Of a stretch of DNA of 32,000 nt, positions 16,969 to 26,596 are shown piece after piece. Below the pieces are notes generated by a model. That model ran no database searches. It worked only from the letters and a program-made list of their open reading frames with translations, and was not told where the DNA came from. The first letter of the stretch is position 1; every line of letters begins with the position of its first letter. Source of the DNA: Opitutaceae bacterium (GTDB taxonomy: Bacteria > Verrucomicrobiota > Verrucomicrobiia > Opitutales > Opitutaceae); assembly GCA_947474995.1 (NCBI GenBank), contig CANJNJ010000020.1:11036-43035 (forward strand), given 5' to 3'. The position numbers were made by a program, and so were the translations under genes.

Positions 16969-18159
16969 TTATGGCTTCAGGGCGTTTTCGACGGCCTGCT
17001 GGTACGCCCGGCGCATGACGGAGTCGTCCGCGTTAGGCAGCTCCGCCCGCTGGATCATAAAGACGTAGACCAACCCCCGCGTCGGATCAGCCCAGCTATT
17101 CGTGCCGTGGGCGCCGCCATGGCCAAACGACCCCGGCGTCAGCGTCGAGTTGGCCTCCATTTGCTTGGATGGCCCGACCACGTTGAAACCCAGCCCCCAC
17201 CCAATGCCCGGCCGCGTTACAAGGTCACCGGTTTGAATTCGGGTCATTTCAGCCACGGTTTCGACCTTGAGGATTCGGCGCCCGCCGGCTTCCCCGCCAT
17301 TGAGCATCATCTGGTAAAACTTTGCCACGTCCTCCGCCGTCGAGAAGAGCCCCGCTCCGCCGAGCGCCGGTCGCCCCCGATCGGCAATCGCTCCGCCGTA
17401 GAGGTACTTGATGACGACCTCCTCCAATTTTCCGGTCGCCGGATTTTTCCGGTAGTTGTGGGCGAAGCTCGTTTGCTGCTCCGGTGTCAGCCAGAATGCA
17501 GTGTGTTTCATCTGCAGCGGATCGAGCAGCCGTTTCTGCATGAACGTGCTGAAGGGTGTTCCGCTGACGACTTCGACCACGCGACCCAGCACATCGATCC
17601 CCGCCGTAGAATAACCCCAGCGGCTGCCCGGCGGAAAACGCAGCGGCTCGCGCGCGACCACCTTGCTCATTTCCGCCAGCGTCCAATGCGGGTCGGTCAC
17701 CACATACTCGCCCAGGCCACTCCGGTGGGTCAGCAGATCGCGCAGCGTGATCGGACGAGCCGGCTTCACCAACACGCGACGTTCGGGGGTCTGCTCGTCC
17801 ATCAGCCACTGCTGCTTGAATTCCGGCAGGTACTTCTCCACCGGGTCGTCAAAAGTGATTTTTCCGTCGTCCGCCAGCAGCGCCACGCACACCGCCGCCA
17901 TCGGTTTCGTCATCGATGCGATCCAAAAATAATCGTCGGGGCGCAGCTTCCGTCCCGTGGCCAGATCGCTTTGGCCCACCACCGAGAGGTGCAGCACCCG
18001 ATCTTTCGACGCCACAAGCATCACGGCGCCGGAGATTTCGCCCTGCTCCACGAACGGCCGAACGTGTTCGGACACACCCGCGAATTTGTCCGGCGCCGCC
18101 CCCAGGCGTCCGACCAAAAACGCCAGGGCGAAAAAGAAATGGGGTAAGCGGAATTTCAT
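16969..18159 (-). CDS. Secreted serine hydrolase, beta-lactamase/PBP4*-like family (PF00144)
   Basis: Signal peptide MKFRLPHFFFALAFLVGRLGAA. Has the SxxK motif (IASMTKP), YST in place of the YxN motif, and HGG (FGHGGAHGT). Confidence 0.85.
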   Translation of the reverse strand: MKFRLPHFFFALAFLVGRLGAAPDKFAGVSEHVRPFVEQGEISGAVMLVASKDRVLHLSVVGQSDLATGRKLRPDDYFWIASMTKPMAAVCVALLADDGKITFDDPVEKYLPEFKQQWLMDEQTPERRVLVKPARPITLRDLLTHRSGLGEYVVTDPHWTLAEMSKVVAREPLRFPPGSRWGYSTAGIDVLGRVVEVVSGTPFSTFMQKRLLDPLQMKHTAFWLTPEQQTSFAHNYRKNPATGKLEEVVIKYLYGGAIADRGRPALGGAGLFSTAEDVAKFYQMMLNGGEAGGRRILKVETVAEMTRIQTGDLVTRPGIGWGLGFNVVGPSKQMEANSTLTPGSFGHGGAHGTNSWADPTRGLVYVFMIQRAELPNADDSVMRRAYQQAVENALKP

Positions 18160-18255
18160 CGGTGTTAGCTAGCCCGCGGTCGATATGACGAAAAGGCTTA
18201 ATTCGCCCAGACCGTAGCGCCGGCCGGGAACGCGCAATAGAAATTGCGTTCCGCC

Positions 18256-20718
18256 CTACGCCCGCAGCGCAATGCTCCCGTCTGCCGTAATCGCCTGCCG
18301 AATCTTCGTGCAGACGGCATTGACCTCGTCGTCCGTCAAGGTCCGCTCGCTGGAACGGAACACGAGGCTGAAGGCCAGGCTCTTCTTCCCTTCCGGCAGT
18401 CCCTTCCCGTGATAAACGTCGAAGACGTTCACGGACTCAACCGCGAAGGACTTGCCGACCTCCGTCCGCGCCGCATTTTCCACGACTTTCTGCACGCCCG
18501 CCGCCGGCACCGCCAAATCGACCACCAGAGCAAAATCCCGCAAGGCCGCGGGAAATAGACTGAAGTCGGCGTAGCGCCGCCGCCCTGACACTGCAGCAAG
18601 GTTCTCCGGGAGGATGGCAAACAAACCCGCGTAGACTTTACCTTCGACCCCGACGCTTTTGACCATCGCCAGGTTCAAGAGGCCAAAGCGGGCCGTCCAG
18701 CCTTGCTCCAACTCTCCGGCCGAGGCCGCGTGCCCAACCTGCCAGCCGAGATACGACTCTTCCACTGGCTTCACGAAGCGCGCCGCGAGTTGAACGCCAG
18801 CCGCCACCGCGAGGGCTTCGACGTGATGCTTGACGGAATAAAAATCCGCCGGTTCCCGCCCGCGCCAGCTGCGCTCGCCAATCGGATCGGCAATGACGAA
18901 GCCGACCGCGGCACACTCCAGATTCTGGCCGTTGCGCTCGATGAAAATCCGGCCCGTCTCGCAGAGGCGGGAAACCGTCACGCCACGCGACTGGTTAAGC
19001 TTGAGCGACTCGAGCAGCCCGGTGATCAGCGTTGGCCGCAGATGCGATTGGTCCTCCACGAAAGGATTTTGCAGGGCGAGTTCCGCCGCGGCGGTCTGCG
19101 AAGTCCAGGTGGCGACCTCGGCGGCCGGTCGCAGCGTGAGATTGACGCACTCGTGGAAATCGTGACCGACGAGATAATCAGTCACCCGCCGATTGAACTG
19201 AACCACCGGATCGTCATCGCCCGGCAAGCCGGGGGACGAAACCACCGCGGCCGGAATCTTCTCCGTGCCAAAGAGCCGGAGCACCTCCTCCACGAGATCG
19301 ATCGGCCGGTCCAGGTCATCGCGCCAGCTGGGAATTTCCACGGTCCACGCCGTGCCGCGATGGTCCGAGGGCTCTTCGCGCGTCACCGCGAGTTCGAGGG
19401 CCTCGAACGCCGCGCGCATGTCCGCTTCGGGAATCTCAAAGCCGAGCTTCTCGCCGATGAAGCCATGGGTCACGACAATCTCCCGCTTCCACGGGACTTC
19501 GCCGCCCACCTGATAAGCCGGGCCGACCACGCTACCTCCGGCCGTTTCGATGATGAGATCGATGGCCCGATAAGCCGCCTCCAGCGAACTGTGCGGGTCC
19601 ACGCCGCGCTCGTACCGGTAAGAAGAATCGGACTGCAGTCCGAGCGCGCGCGAGGTCGAGCGAACCGACTGGCGCTTGAAGCATGCGCACTCGAGGACGA
19701 GGTCCGTCGTGTCGTCGCTGACGCCGGAATTTTCTCCGCCCATGATGCCCGCAATGACCACGGGCCGGCTCGCATCGGCAATCACCAGCATGCCGCTGTG
19801 CAAGGCCCGCTCCTTCCCGTCGAGCGAAGTGATTTTTTCGCCATCCAGCGCGCGCCGGACGATGATTTGGTGGCCGCCAAGCTTCCGGGCATCGAACGCG
19901 TGCAACGGCTGGCCGGTTTCCAGCATCACGTAGTTGCCGACGTCGACGACATTATTGATCGGCCGCAGCCCGACGGCCTTGAGCCGCTCTTGCATCCACG
20001 CCGGGCTCGGCCCGATCTTGATGCCGGTAATCACATGGGCGCTATACAGCGGACAGTCCTCCGGCGAATCGACCCGGACTCCCGCAAGGAGATCGGGCCG
20101 CTCCCCCGCCCCACTGGCGAAAGTGCCGTGGAAATTTTCCTGCGGATAAATCAGCGGAAGTTTGAACCAGGCCGAAAGCTCCCGCGCGATGCCCAGATGC
20201 GAAAGGCAATCGGGCCGGTTGGGCGTAATCTCGATGTCGAAAACCACGTCGCCCGGCGGTAGCGCCTCGTTCATCGGCAGACCGAGCGCCGGCTTGTGGG
20301 TGAGAATCAGCAGGCCGCTGTGCTCGCGGCCCATCCCGATTTCGTCCGGTGAGCACATCATGCCGTCGGAGAGCTGGCCGCGGATTTTCGACTGCTTGAT
20401 TTCGAAGTTACCCGGCAGGATCGCCCCCGGCAGCGCGACCAGCACCCGGTTGCCGGCGTCGCAATTGTTCGCGCCGCACACGATGGTCTTCACGCCGCCC
20501 GCCGGACCGATGTCCACGGTGCACACGGAAAGCTTGTCGGCGTTCGGGTGTTTGGCCCGCGTGAGGATTTCGCCCACGACGACATTCGTCAGTTGCGGTG
20601 CGCCGGTGCGAATCACCTGCTCGACTTCGAAACCCAGGAACGTGATCGCGCGGGTGATCTCGTCGACGGGAGCGTCGAGTTTGACATAGTCCTGAAGCCA
20701 GTTGAGGGAAATTTTCAT
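18256..20718 (-). CDS. pheT: Phenylalanine--tRNA ligase beta subunit
   Basis: MKISLNWLQDYV start, tRNA-binding domain, B3/4, B5 and FDX-ACB regions. 820 aa, 40 bp downstream of pheS. Confidence 0.95.
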   Translation of the reverse strand: MKISLNWLQDYVKLDAPVDEITRAITFLGFEVEQVIRTGAPQLTNVVVGEILTRAKHPNADKLSVCTVDIGPAGGVKTIVCGANNCDAGNRVLVALPGAILPGNFEIKQSKIRGQLSDGMMCSPDEIGMGREHSGLLILTHKPALGLPMNEALPPGDVVFDIEITPNRPDCLSHLGIARELSAWFKLPLIYPQENFHGTFASGAGERPDLLAGVRVDSPEDCPLYSAHVITGIKIGPSPAWMQERLKAVGLRPINNVVDVGNYVMLETGQPLHAFDARKLGGHQIIVRRALDGEKITSLDGKERALHSGMLVIADASRPVVIAGIMGGENSGVSDDTTDLVLECACFKRQSVRSTSRALGLQSDSSYRYERGVDPHSSLEAAYRAIDLIIETAGGSVVGPAYQVGGEVPWKREIVVTHGFIGEKLGFEIPEADMRAAFEALELAVTREEPSDHRGTAWTVEIPSWRDDLDRPIDLVEEVLRLFGTEKIPAAVVSSPGLPGDDDPVVQFNRRVTDYLVGHDFHECVNLTLRPAAEVATWTSQTAAAELALQNPFVEDQSHLRPTLITGLLESLKLNQSRGVTVSRLCETGRIFIERNGQNLECAAVGFVIADPIGERSWRGREPADFYSVKHHVEALAVAAGVQLAARFVKPVEESYLGWQVGHAASAGELEQGWTARFGLLNLAMVKSVGVEGKVYAGLFAILPENLAAVSGRRRYADFSLFPAALRDFALVVDLAVPAAGVQKVVENAARTEVGKSFAVESVNVFDVYHGKGLPEGKKSLAFSLVFRSSERTLTDDEVNAVCTKIRQAITADGSIALRA

Positions 20719-20758
20719 TCGATGCCTTGTCTACGATACTCGTGGTTTCGCCGCCCGC

Positions 20759-21802
20759 TCAGGCAAATTGTTTGAGGAACCGCAGGTCATTCTGATAAAA
20801 ATAGCGGATGTCATCGATGCCGTAGAGCAGCATCGCCAGGCGTTCGAGCCCCATGCCGAAAGCGTACCCGCTCCACACTTCGGGATCGTAGCCCACCGCC
20901 TCGAACACCGTCGGATCGACCATCCCGCAGCCGCCGATTTCGATCCATTCCTTCTTCACCTTGGGAAGGTGCTTCGCCGTGAGGTCGACCTCGAAGCTCG
21001 GCTCCGTGTAACCGAAGTAGTGCGGACGAAAACGGGTCTTCGTGTCGGAACCGAGCAGCGCCGCGAACACGTAGTCGAGCAACGCCTTCAAGTCGCGCAC
21101 CGTGACGTTGCGGTCGACGTAGAGACACTCGAGCTGGTGGAAATTTGCGCTGTGCGTGGCGTCGGTCGTATCGCGGCGATACACCCGCCCCGGTGACACA
21201 ATCCGAATGGGCGGCGGACCCTTGAGCATGGTGCGGATCTGCACCGATGAGGTATGAGTGCGGAGGAGATATTTCTCTCCGGGATTCATCCGTGACACGT
21301 TGCCGAAACGGGCCGCGGTGGGAAAATAGAACGTGTCCTGCGCGTCGCGCGCCGGGTGATCGGACGGCGTGTTGAGCGCGTCGAAGCAATAGTACTCGGT
21401 TTCAACTTCCGGCCCGTCTGCGACCGTGAAGCCCACCTTGCGGAGAATGCGGCACATTTCCTCGCGCACGAGCGTCAGCGGATGGCGCGTCCCCGGGCCG
21501 ATATCCGGCGAAGGCAACGTCACATCAACCGCGGGTCCGAGCTGCGCGGCCAATTCACCGGCGGCTATTTGCGCGAGCGCGGCGTCGAGTTGCGCCTGCA
21601 ACTTCACCTTCGCCTCGTTGATCAGCTTGCCGAGGGCCGGCCGCTGCTCTTTGGGCACCGCGCCCATCTGCTTCATGAAGGCCGTGAGTTCACCGTGCGG
21701 ACCGACATAGCGCGCCTTGGCCGCCTCAAACTCCGGACGGGTCTTGAGCGTCGGCAATTCGGCGGTGGCTTTGGCGAGAACGGCGGAAAGTTGGTCTTGC
21801 AT
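20759..21802 (-). CDS. pheS: Phenylalanine--tRNA ligase alpha subunit
   Basis: Class II aaRS motifs: HPARD.QDTFY, LLRTHTS.VQ, GRVYRRD, and GCGMV.P.V....GYD....GYAFGMGLERLAML. Confidence 0.95.
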   Translation of the reverse strand: MQDQLSAVLAKATAELPTLKTRPEFEAAKARYVGPHGELTAFMKQMGAVPKEQRPALGKLINEAKVKLQAQLDAALAQIAAGELAAQLGPAVDVTLPSPDIGPGTRHPLTLVREEMCRILRKVGFTVADGPEVETEYYCFDALNTPSDHPARDAQDTFYFPTAARFGNVSRMNPGEKYLLRTHTSSVQIRTMLKGPPPIRIVSPGRVYRRDTTDATHSANFHQLECLYVDRNVTVRDLKALLDYVFAALLGSDTKTRFRPHYFGYTEPSFEVDLTAKHLPKVKKEWIEIGGCGMVDPTVFEAVGYDPEVWSGYAFGMGLERLAMLLYGIDDIRYFYQNDLRFLKQFA

Positions 21803-21910
21803 GAAAAGGAGGACGATAAAGGGCGGACTGGTATCGTGCGCGGATTCTCAAACGTTCGCCAGTCTTTCGTCCACGATGACGACGAGAGGTCGAACGGGCG
21901 GAGGTAACGA

Positions 21911-21952
21911 CAAAAAAGAAGGACGGCATCCCACATTCGCGGGACCCGTCCT
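21911..21952 (-). terminator. Intrinsic terminator between rplT and pheS
   Basis: The minus-strand RNA is AGGACGGGUCCC-GCGAAUGU-GGGAUGCCGUCCU followed by UCUUUUUUG. That gives a 6-7 bp stem plus a 4 bp stem with a small internal loop. It lies about 50 nt after the rplT stop and about 110 nt before the pheS ATG. Confidence 0.65.
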
Positions 21953-22004
21953 CCGGCTATTCGAAACTGGCGACGAGCCCACGAGGGGGTCGCGTCGTTC
22001 GGAC

Positions 22005-22388
22005 TCAGGCCTTCTTCGCGGCGGCGGCCTTGGCGAGCAGCGCGTCCTGAGCTTTTTTGACCAGGCCAGTAAACGCCACTTCGTCGCGAATGGCGAGATC
22101 GCTCAGCACCTTGCGGTCGAGCTCGATTTTCGCGGCATGTAGGCCCTCGATAAACCGACTGTAACTGATGCCGGCGATGCGGCAGGCGGCGTTGAGGCGC
22201 ACGATCCAAAGAGAACGGCGATCGCCCTTCTTCTTCCTGCGGGCGGCATACGCGTATTGCCACGCGTGTTGAACGGCTTCTTTCGCGTAGCGGAAGAGCT
22301 TGGATTTGTTGCCGAAATAGCCTTTGGCGTATTTCAGCACTTTCTTGCGTCGCTTGCGCGACGCGGGAGCGTTAGTTGCACGAGCCAT
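22005..22388 (-). CDS. rplT: 50S ribosomal protein L20
   Basis: MARATNAPASRKRRKKVLKYAKGYFG..., RRDRR-like core KKGDRRSLWIVRLNAA. Confidence 0.95.
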   Translation of the reverse strand: MARATNAPASRKRRKKVLKYAKGYFGNKSKLFRYAKEAVQHAWQYAYAARRKKKGDRRSLWIVRLNAACRIAGISYSRFIEGLHAAKIELDRKVLSDLAIRDEVAFTGLVKKAQDALLAKAAAAKKA

Positions 22389-22477
22389 GTTGTGTGATAA
22401 TCCTTTTAGGTTAGTCGCTGGCGGGCCGGCTGTAACAATTCACCCGCCGAGCGAAGTTTAGGTTGAGCGTCGACCGA

Positions 22478-22672
22478 TTACAGGCCGAACGGGAGACAGC
22501 GCTTGAGCGCCGGCGCGTGGCCTTCAGCCACCAGCTTGTCGCGAGAGGCACGTCGCTTGGACTTCGTGCTTTTCGCGCCGAGGAGATGACGGAAACCGGG
22601 CGTGCGGCGGATGAGTTTGCCCGTGCCAGACAGTTTGAACCGCTTGGCGACAGACTTCTTGGTCTTTTGCAT
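22478..22672 (-). CDS. rpmI: 50S ribosomal protein L35
   Basis: MQKTKKSVAKRFKLSGTGKLIRR...H, 64 aa, directly upstream of rplT. Confidence 0.95.
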   Translation of the reverse strand: MQKTKKSVAKRFKLSGTGKLIRRTPGFRHLLGAKSTKSKRRASRDKLVAEGHAPALKRCLPFGL

Positions 22673-22787
22673 GGAGAGAGTGTTTAAAAACAGAGGTCCC
22701 GCCCCCGGTTGGCAAGGGAATTTTCACCCACAAACGCAATCCAGCCGGCAAAGGCTAGCGTTTTGGCGCCTGGAACGGACCGGAACC

Positions 22788-24188
22788 TCAAGCATGAACG
22801 TAAACCGCGACGCTCACGGCAATCATCGAAAGGACCGTCAGGGCGAGAAACAGCGGTAAAACGAACCGGAACCACTTGCCGTAGGAAATTTCCGCCGTCG
22901 CCAGATAGGCGAGCAACATGCCGGAGGTCGGGGCGAACATGTTAATCAGCCCGTTGCCGAGGATGTACGCGACTACAGTCGCCTGGCCGCCGACCCCGGA
23001 CATGCCTGCGATCGGCACGAGGATCGGCATGCTGACCGCCGCTTTGGCCGAACCCGATGGGATCAACAGGCCGAGGAACATCTCAATCAGAACGAGTGCC
23101 ATCCCCACGACGTAATGGGGCAAATGCGCCGCCCAGCCGGCGAGAAAGTTGACGATTGTGTCTAGAATAAGCCCATCCTGCAGGATGATTTCGACCCCCT
23201 TGGCCATGCCGACGAGGAATCCAGCGAGCACCATGCCCTTCATGCCATCGATCATGCTGTGCACGGCCCGCCTCGGACCGAGGCCTGCCACGGCGGCAAT
23301 CAGTCCGCCCATGAAAAGATAGTACGTGGCAAACTCGACGTCCTTCCATCCCCGCGCCGTGGCGCCGTAAATCAGCACGGCTACGGAAAAACCCAGGAGG
23401 GCGACGATGGTCCCGTGGCGCGCGGTCATCGGCGTGGAACTCATTGGCGGAGCCGCGGCTCCGACCGTCGGTGTCCGGGCAAACCGCATGACGTAAAAAA
23501 TTCCCGCCGCCATGAACACCACCCAGATTCCGAGGCGAAACGCGAGCCCGCTGAACACCGGCACCCCGGCGATCGGCTGCGCGACCATCAGGATCACCGG
23601 ATTGGCGACCGAGGCGATATAGCCAATTTTGGCGGAGACCGTCACGACCGCGAAGCCAAACATCGGTTCGAGCCCGAGCCGCTTCGAAAGCGCCAGGAAG
23701 ATCGGGATGATGAGAAGGTATTCCGAAATCAACCCGAGGAAGGTGCTGCCCGCCGAAATCGCGAGCATCAGGATTACCGTCAGGAGAGCCGTCTTCCCGC
23801 TTGTGAGGACCAGCAACCGCTCGATGGCAATTTCGACCGTGCCGGTGGCCCGCAGCACGCCAAACATTCCGCCCAGCGCGGCGATCATGAAAATCAGGCT
23901 CGCCGCCCGCACCATGCCCGGCGGCACCGACGTGAAGATGGCGGCAGGACTGGCGGGGTATGCCTCCACGTTACCGGGGGCCGGCGCATGGGGCAGCAGA
24001 CCCGCCGCGGAAATTTCCTTCGGCACCGTGGCGTAGGTGCCGGGCTTCACGAGGCCCTTGGCCGTGCGTTGAAAAATACCCGAGGGAATGGTCCACGTGA
24101 GCAGCGCGGCCGTCGCCAGCGCGACCAGCATCATCAGCACCGGATCCAGCGACCAGGCGCCGCGCGCCTTCGGGTTGGGGGCACTCAT
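22788..24188 (-). CDS. YfcC-family integral membrane transporter (DcuC/IT superfamily)
   Basis: Multi-TM protein. It closely resembles E. coli YfcC: LTWTIPSGIF, NPVILMVAQPIAGVPVFSGLAFRLGIWVVF and IPSGSAKAAVSMPILVPIAGMSGV..ATVVAY. The ATG overlaps the upstream gene's stop (ATGA at 24185-24188). Confidence 0.85.
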   Translation of the reverse strand: MSAPNPKARGAWSLDPVLMMLVALATAALLTWTIPSGIFQRTAKGLVKPGTYATVPKEISAAGLLPHAPAPGNVEAYPASPAAIFTSVPPGMVRAASLIFMIAALGGMFGVLRATGTVEIAIERLLVLTSGKTALLTVILMLAISAGSTFLGLISEYLLIIPIFLALSKRLGLEPMFGFAVVTVSAKIGYIASVANPVILMVAQPIAGVPVFSGLAFRLGIWVVFMAAGIFYVMRFARTPTVGAAAPPMSSTPMTARHGTIVALLGFSVAVLIYGATARGWKDVEFATYYLFMGGLIAAVAGLGPRRAVHSMIDGMKGMVLAGFLVGMAKGVEIILQDGLILDTIVNFLAGWAAHLPHYVVGMALVLIEMFLGLLIPSGSAKAAVSMPILVPIAGMSGVGGQATVVAYILGNGLINMFAPTSGMLLAYLATAEISYGKWFRFVLPLFLALTVLSMIAVSVAVYVHA

Positions 24189-25045
24189 GCGACGGCCTGC
24201 CGAGTCCGCTGGGCCATGGCATGGGCAAAGGCCGTGAGATCGGCCTGAACCTCGGCAAAGCCAGGGCCGCGTTGAAACGTCGCTTCGTTCATGTAGAGCG
24301 CGCGATTAAGTTCGATTTGGACGCTCGTCCGCCCTTGGGCCGGCTGGCCATGGGTCCGGATGATGTCGGCGCCGCGGTACGGATCGTTGATTTTCACGTG
24401 GTAGCCGAGCCGCGTAAAATAGTCCGCAACCCACGCCGTAAATTCCGGGGCCGCGGTCGCGCCCCCGCGATCGCTTATGACCAAATCAGGACGTGCCGCG
24501 CCGTCGTCGCGGTTCATCGCGTTGCCTCGCGACTTCATCGAGTGGCAGTTAAAGTGGTACACCACGCCATGGCGGCGCCAAGCGGAGTCGAGCGCGGACT
24601 GTAGGGCCTGGCGATAGGGCGTGTAGTACCGGTCGATACGCTTCCGCACCTCTGCGACGGAGAGCTTGCGGTGGTACATCGGCACGCCGGGCAACGCGAA
24701 GCGACGGATGAGTCCCATGCCGCGTCGGGCGTGTTCACTCAGTTCAATCGGGGTCGGCCACGCTGTTTCGAGCAGGTCGGGGTCGAGGTCGCTCACCGCC
24801 CGGTTCGCATCAATGTAGGCGCGGGGGAAACACGCGGCCAGCAGCGTCGCGCCGGCGGCTGGCACAAAGCCGAACAACTCGTCCACAAACGCATCCCACG
24901 TTGTGCAGATCTCCTCCCGCGACGCAATCGGGGCAAAATCCTCCGGGTATTCGATCGCGCTGTGAGGGGAATCAAAGACCAGTGGCGCTTGTGGCGCGCT
25001 CGGCGCCCGCAGGACGAACGGTGCCGGAGCATCGGAAGGTGACAT
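24185..25045 (-). CDS. N-formylglutamate amidohydrolase family protein (PF05013), cytoplasmic
   Basis: Features are FDSPHSAIEYP, YIDANR, YHFNCHSM, INDPYRGADI and SVQIELNRALYMNE. No signal peptide. Confidence 0.85.
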   Translation of the reverse strand: MSPSDAPAPFVLRAPSAPQAPLVFDSPHSAIEYPEDFAPIASREEICTTWDAFVDELFGFVPAAGATLLAACFPRAYIDANRAVSDLDPDLLETAWPTPIELSEHARRGMGLIRRFALPGVPMYHRKLSVAEVRKRIDRYYTPYRQALQSALDSAWRRHGVVYHFNCHSMKSRGNAMNRDDGAARPDLVISDRGGATAAPEFTAWVADYFTRLGYHVKINDPYRGADIIRTHGQPAQGRTSVQIELNRALYMNEATFQRGPGFAEVQADLTAFAHAMAQRTRQAVA

Positions 25046-25079
25046 CGGCGAGAGGGTCGCAGGAGGAGTGCCCGACGGA

Positions 25080-26507
25080 CTAGTCGCGGTAATTCAGTGC
25101 CGGCTGACGGTCGCCGAGCAGAGCCGAATAGATGAAGCCGGACCCGCGACGTTTCTCGAGTTCCGCCTTCGCGTTCGCGATGACACCGGGCGTGGTATAC
25201 AAATCGATGATCGTCCCGGCCATCGTCTTCGCCGCGACATTCATGCCCTTCAGGCCCAGCGTGGTCCCACTGCAGGCGGCGGCCTGCCAGCTGTGGCCGG
25301 GAGTTCCCGGCGCAAATGAAGCGGCGCGCAGGCCGACCGTGGGCACCGCCCAACTCACGTCGCCGATGTCGGTCGAACCACCGCCCTCTCGGGGCGGGCT
25401 CGCATTGAAGGGCTGCACGAGCGCCGCGGTTTCCGGTGCCCCCGCCGTCCCAATTACGGTCTGCCCGAGCTTCAACGCGAACGCCCGTTCCTCCGGCGTG
25501 TAGGTGACGCCGCCGACCGCGTTGAGATTTTCCTGCATGATCCGGCCGAGCACTTCGTTGGGCAGCAAATCATAGACGCCGCCCGTAATTTCCCATTCGA
25601 CCTTCGTGCCCGTCCCCAGCGCCGCGCCGGTCGCGGCCTTTTCCACGCGCTCCCAAACCGAGGCCACGATTTCGCGGTTGGGACTGCGCACATAATAGTA
25701 AACCTCGGCAAAAGCCGGCACCACATTTGGCGCCTCGCCGCCGTGTGTGATCACGTAGTGTATCCGGGTACTGTCGGGCACGTGCTCCCGCATCATGTTT
25801 ACCATGTGGTCCATCGCTTCCACGCCATCGAGGGCCGATCGCCCGCGCTCCGGCGACGCCGCGGCGTGCGACGCGAGACCGCGGAAACGAAACTTGCCCG
25901 ACTTGTTCGCCAGCGAGGGCATCATCGTGATGCCATTGCGATCGGCGGGATGCCAGTGGACGACGGCGTCGACATCCTTGAAAAGTCCGGCGCGAACCAG
26001 GTAAACCTTGCCCGATCCACCCTCTTCGGCCGGGGTGCCGTAGACCCGGATCGTGCCCTTTTGGCCCGTCGCCTTCATCCAGTCCTTCACGGCGACGGCG
26101 GACTCGGCCGAGGCAGTGCCAAATAAGTTATGGCCGCACGCATGGCCGGCCAGAACCCCCGCGCGCTCTTTTCTCTCCGGAATAGCCTCCTGTGAAACGC
26201 CGGGCAAAGCGTCAAATTCGGCGAGCACTCCGACGACGGGTGACCCGCTACCGTAAGTCGCCACAAACGCGGTCGGGATTCCGGCCACGCCAGCTTGGAC
26301 GGTAAACCCCTCTTTTCGGAGTTGCTCCTGCAGGAGCGCGGAACTCTTCACCTCGTGGTAACCCACCTCGGCATAGTTCCAAATCTTCATCGCGATGCCC
26401 TCGTAAACGGACTTGGTCTCGTCGATCCGCCGGAGCACATCCGGCTTGGAGGTTTGGGCGGCGACCGGCAGTAGGCTGGCGAGAAGGATGGGCAGCAGGC
26501 GTTTCAT
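25080..26507 (-). CDS. Secreted M20-family amidohydrolase, AbgB (p-aminobenzoyl-glutamate hydrolase subunit B)-like
   Basis: Trimmed to the ATG at 26507 (MKRLLPILLASLLPVAAQT, signal peptide), because the longer ORF would overlap the receptor gene. Features are AEFDALPG, GHACGHNLFG, GTPAEEGGSGK and GGSTDIGDVSW. Confidence 0.85.
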   Translation of the reverse strand: MKRLLPILLASLLPVAAQTSKPDVLRRIDETKSVYEGIAMKIWNYAEVGYHEVKSSALLQEQLRKEGFTVQAGVAGIPTAFVATYGSGSPVVGVLAEFDALPGVSQEAIPERKERAGVLAGHACGHNLFGTASAESAVAVKDWMKATGQKGTIRVYGTPAEEGGSGKVYLVRAGLFKDVDAVVHWHPADRNGITMMPSLANKSGKFRFRGLASHAAASPERGRSALDGVEAMDHMVNMMREHVPDSTRIHYVITHGGEAPNVVPAFAEVYYYVRSPNREIVASVWERVEKAATGAALGTGTKVEWEITGGVYDLLPNEVLGRIMQENLNAVGGVTYTPEERAFALKLGQTVIGTAGAPETAALVQPFNASPPREGGGSTDIGDVSWAVPTVGLRAASFAPGTPGHSWQAAACSGTTLGLKGMNVAAKTMAGTIIDLYTTPGVIANAKAELEKRRGSGFIYSALLGDRQPALNYRD

Positions 26508-26570
26508 TTTAGGAGGGTGAGCGATCGCGGGCCATCGGCCCGACCCAAGGGAGGAGAGCGCGTCCACGAA

Positions 26571-26596
26571 CGGCGGCCGGATGGAGCCGGCCGCCG
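26571..26596 (-). other. Perfect 10-bp GC hairpin in the receptor/M20 intergenic spacer
   Basis: CGGCGGCCGG (26571-26580), 6-nt loop, CCGGCCGCCG (26587-26596). It starts 7 nt after the receptor stop codon and has no U-tract. Confidence 0.4.

Noticed and set aside
16897-18147. A 416-aa ORF antisense to the serine hydrolase. The same applies to 18703-20262 (antisense to pheT), 23259-24248 (antisense to YfcC), 28583-29620 (antisense to the receptor) and 30381-31622 (antisense to the regulator).
   Set aside because: All are Arg/Gly/His-rich with no recognisable motifs, and each lies opposite a confidently identified gene.
18227-18252. The hairpin GGAAC(GC)GCAAT-AGAA-ATTGCGTTCC just after the pheT stop.
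   Set aside because: The stem is plausible, but it is bulged and has no U-tract. I cannot tell it apart from chance structure, so I have not listed it as a terminator.
21726-21929. A 67-aa ORF beginning MPSFFFVV in the rplT-pheS spacer, which could look like a pheM-type Phe leader peptide.
   Set aside because: Its ATG lies inside the 3' arm of the terminator hairpin, and the FFF codons are simply the terminator U-tract. A regulatory leader peptide must be translated upstream of the terminator. The ORF also runs out of frame into pheS.
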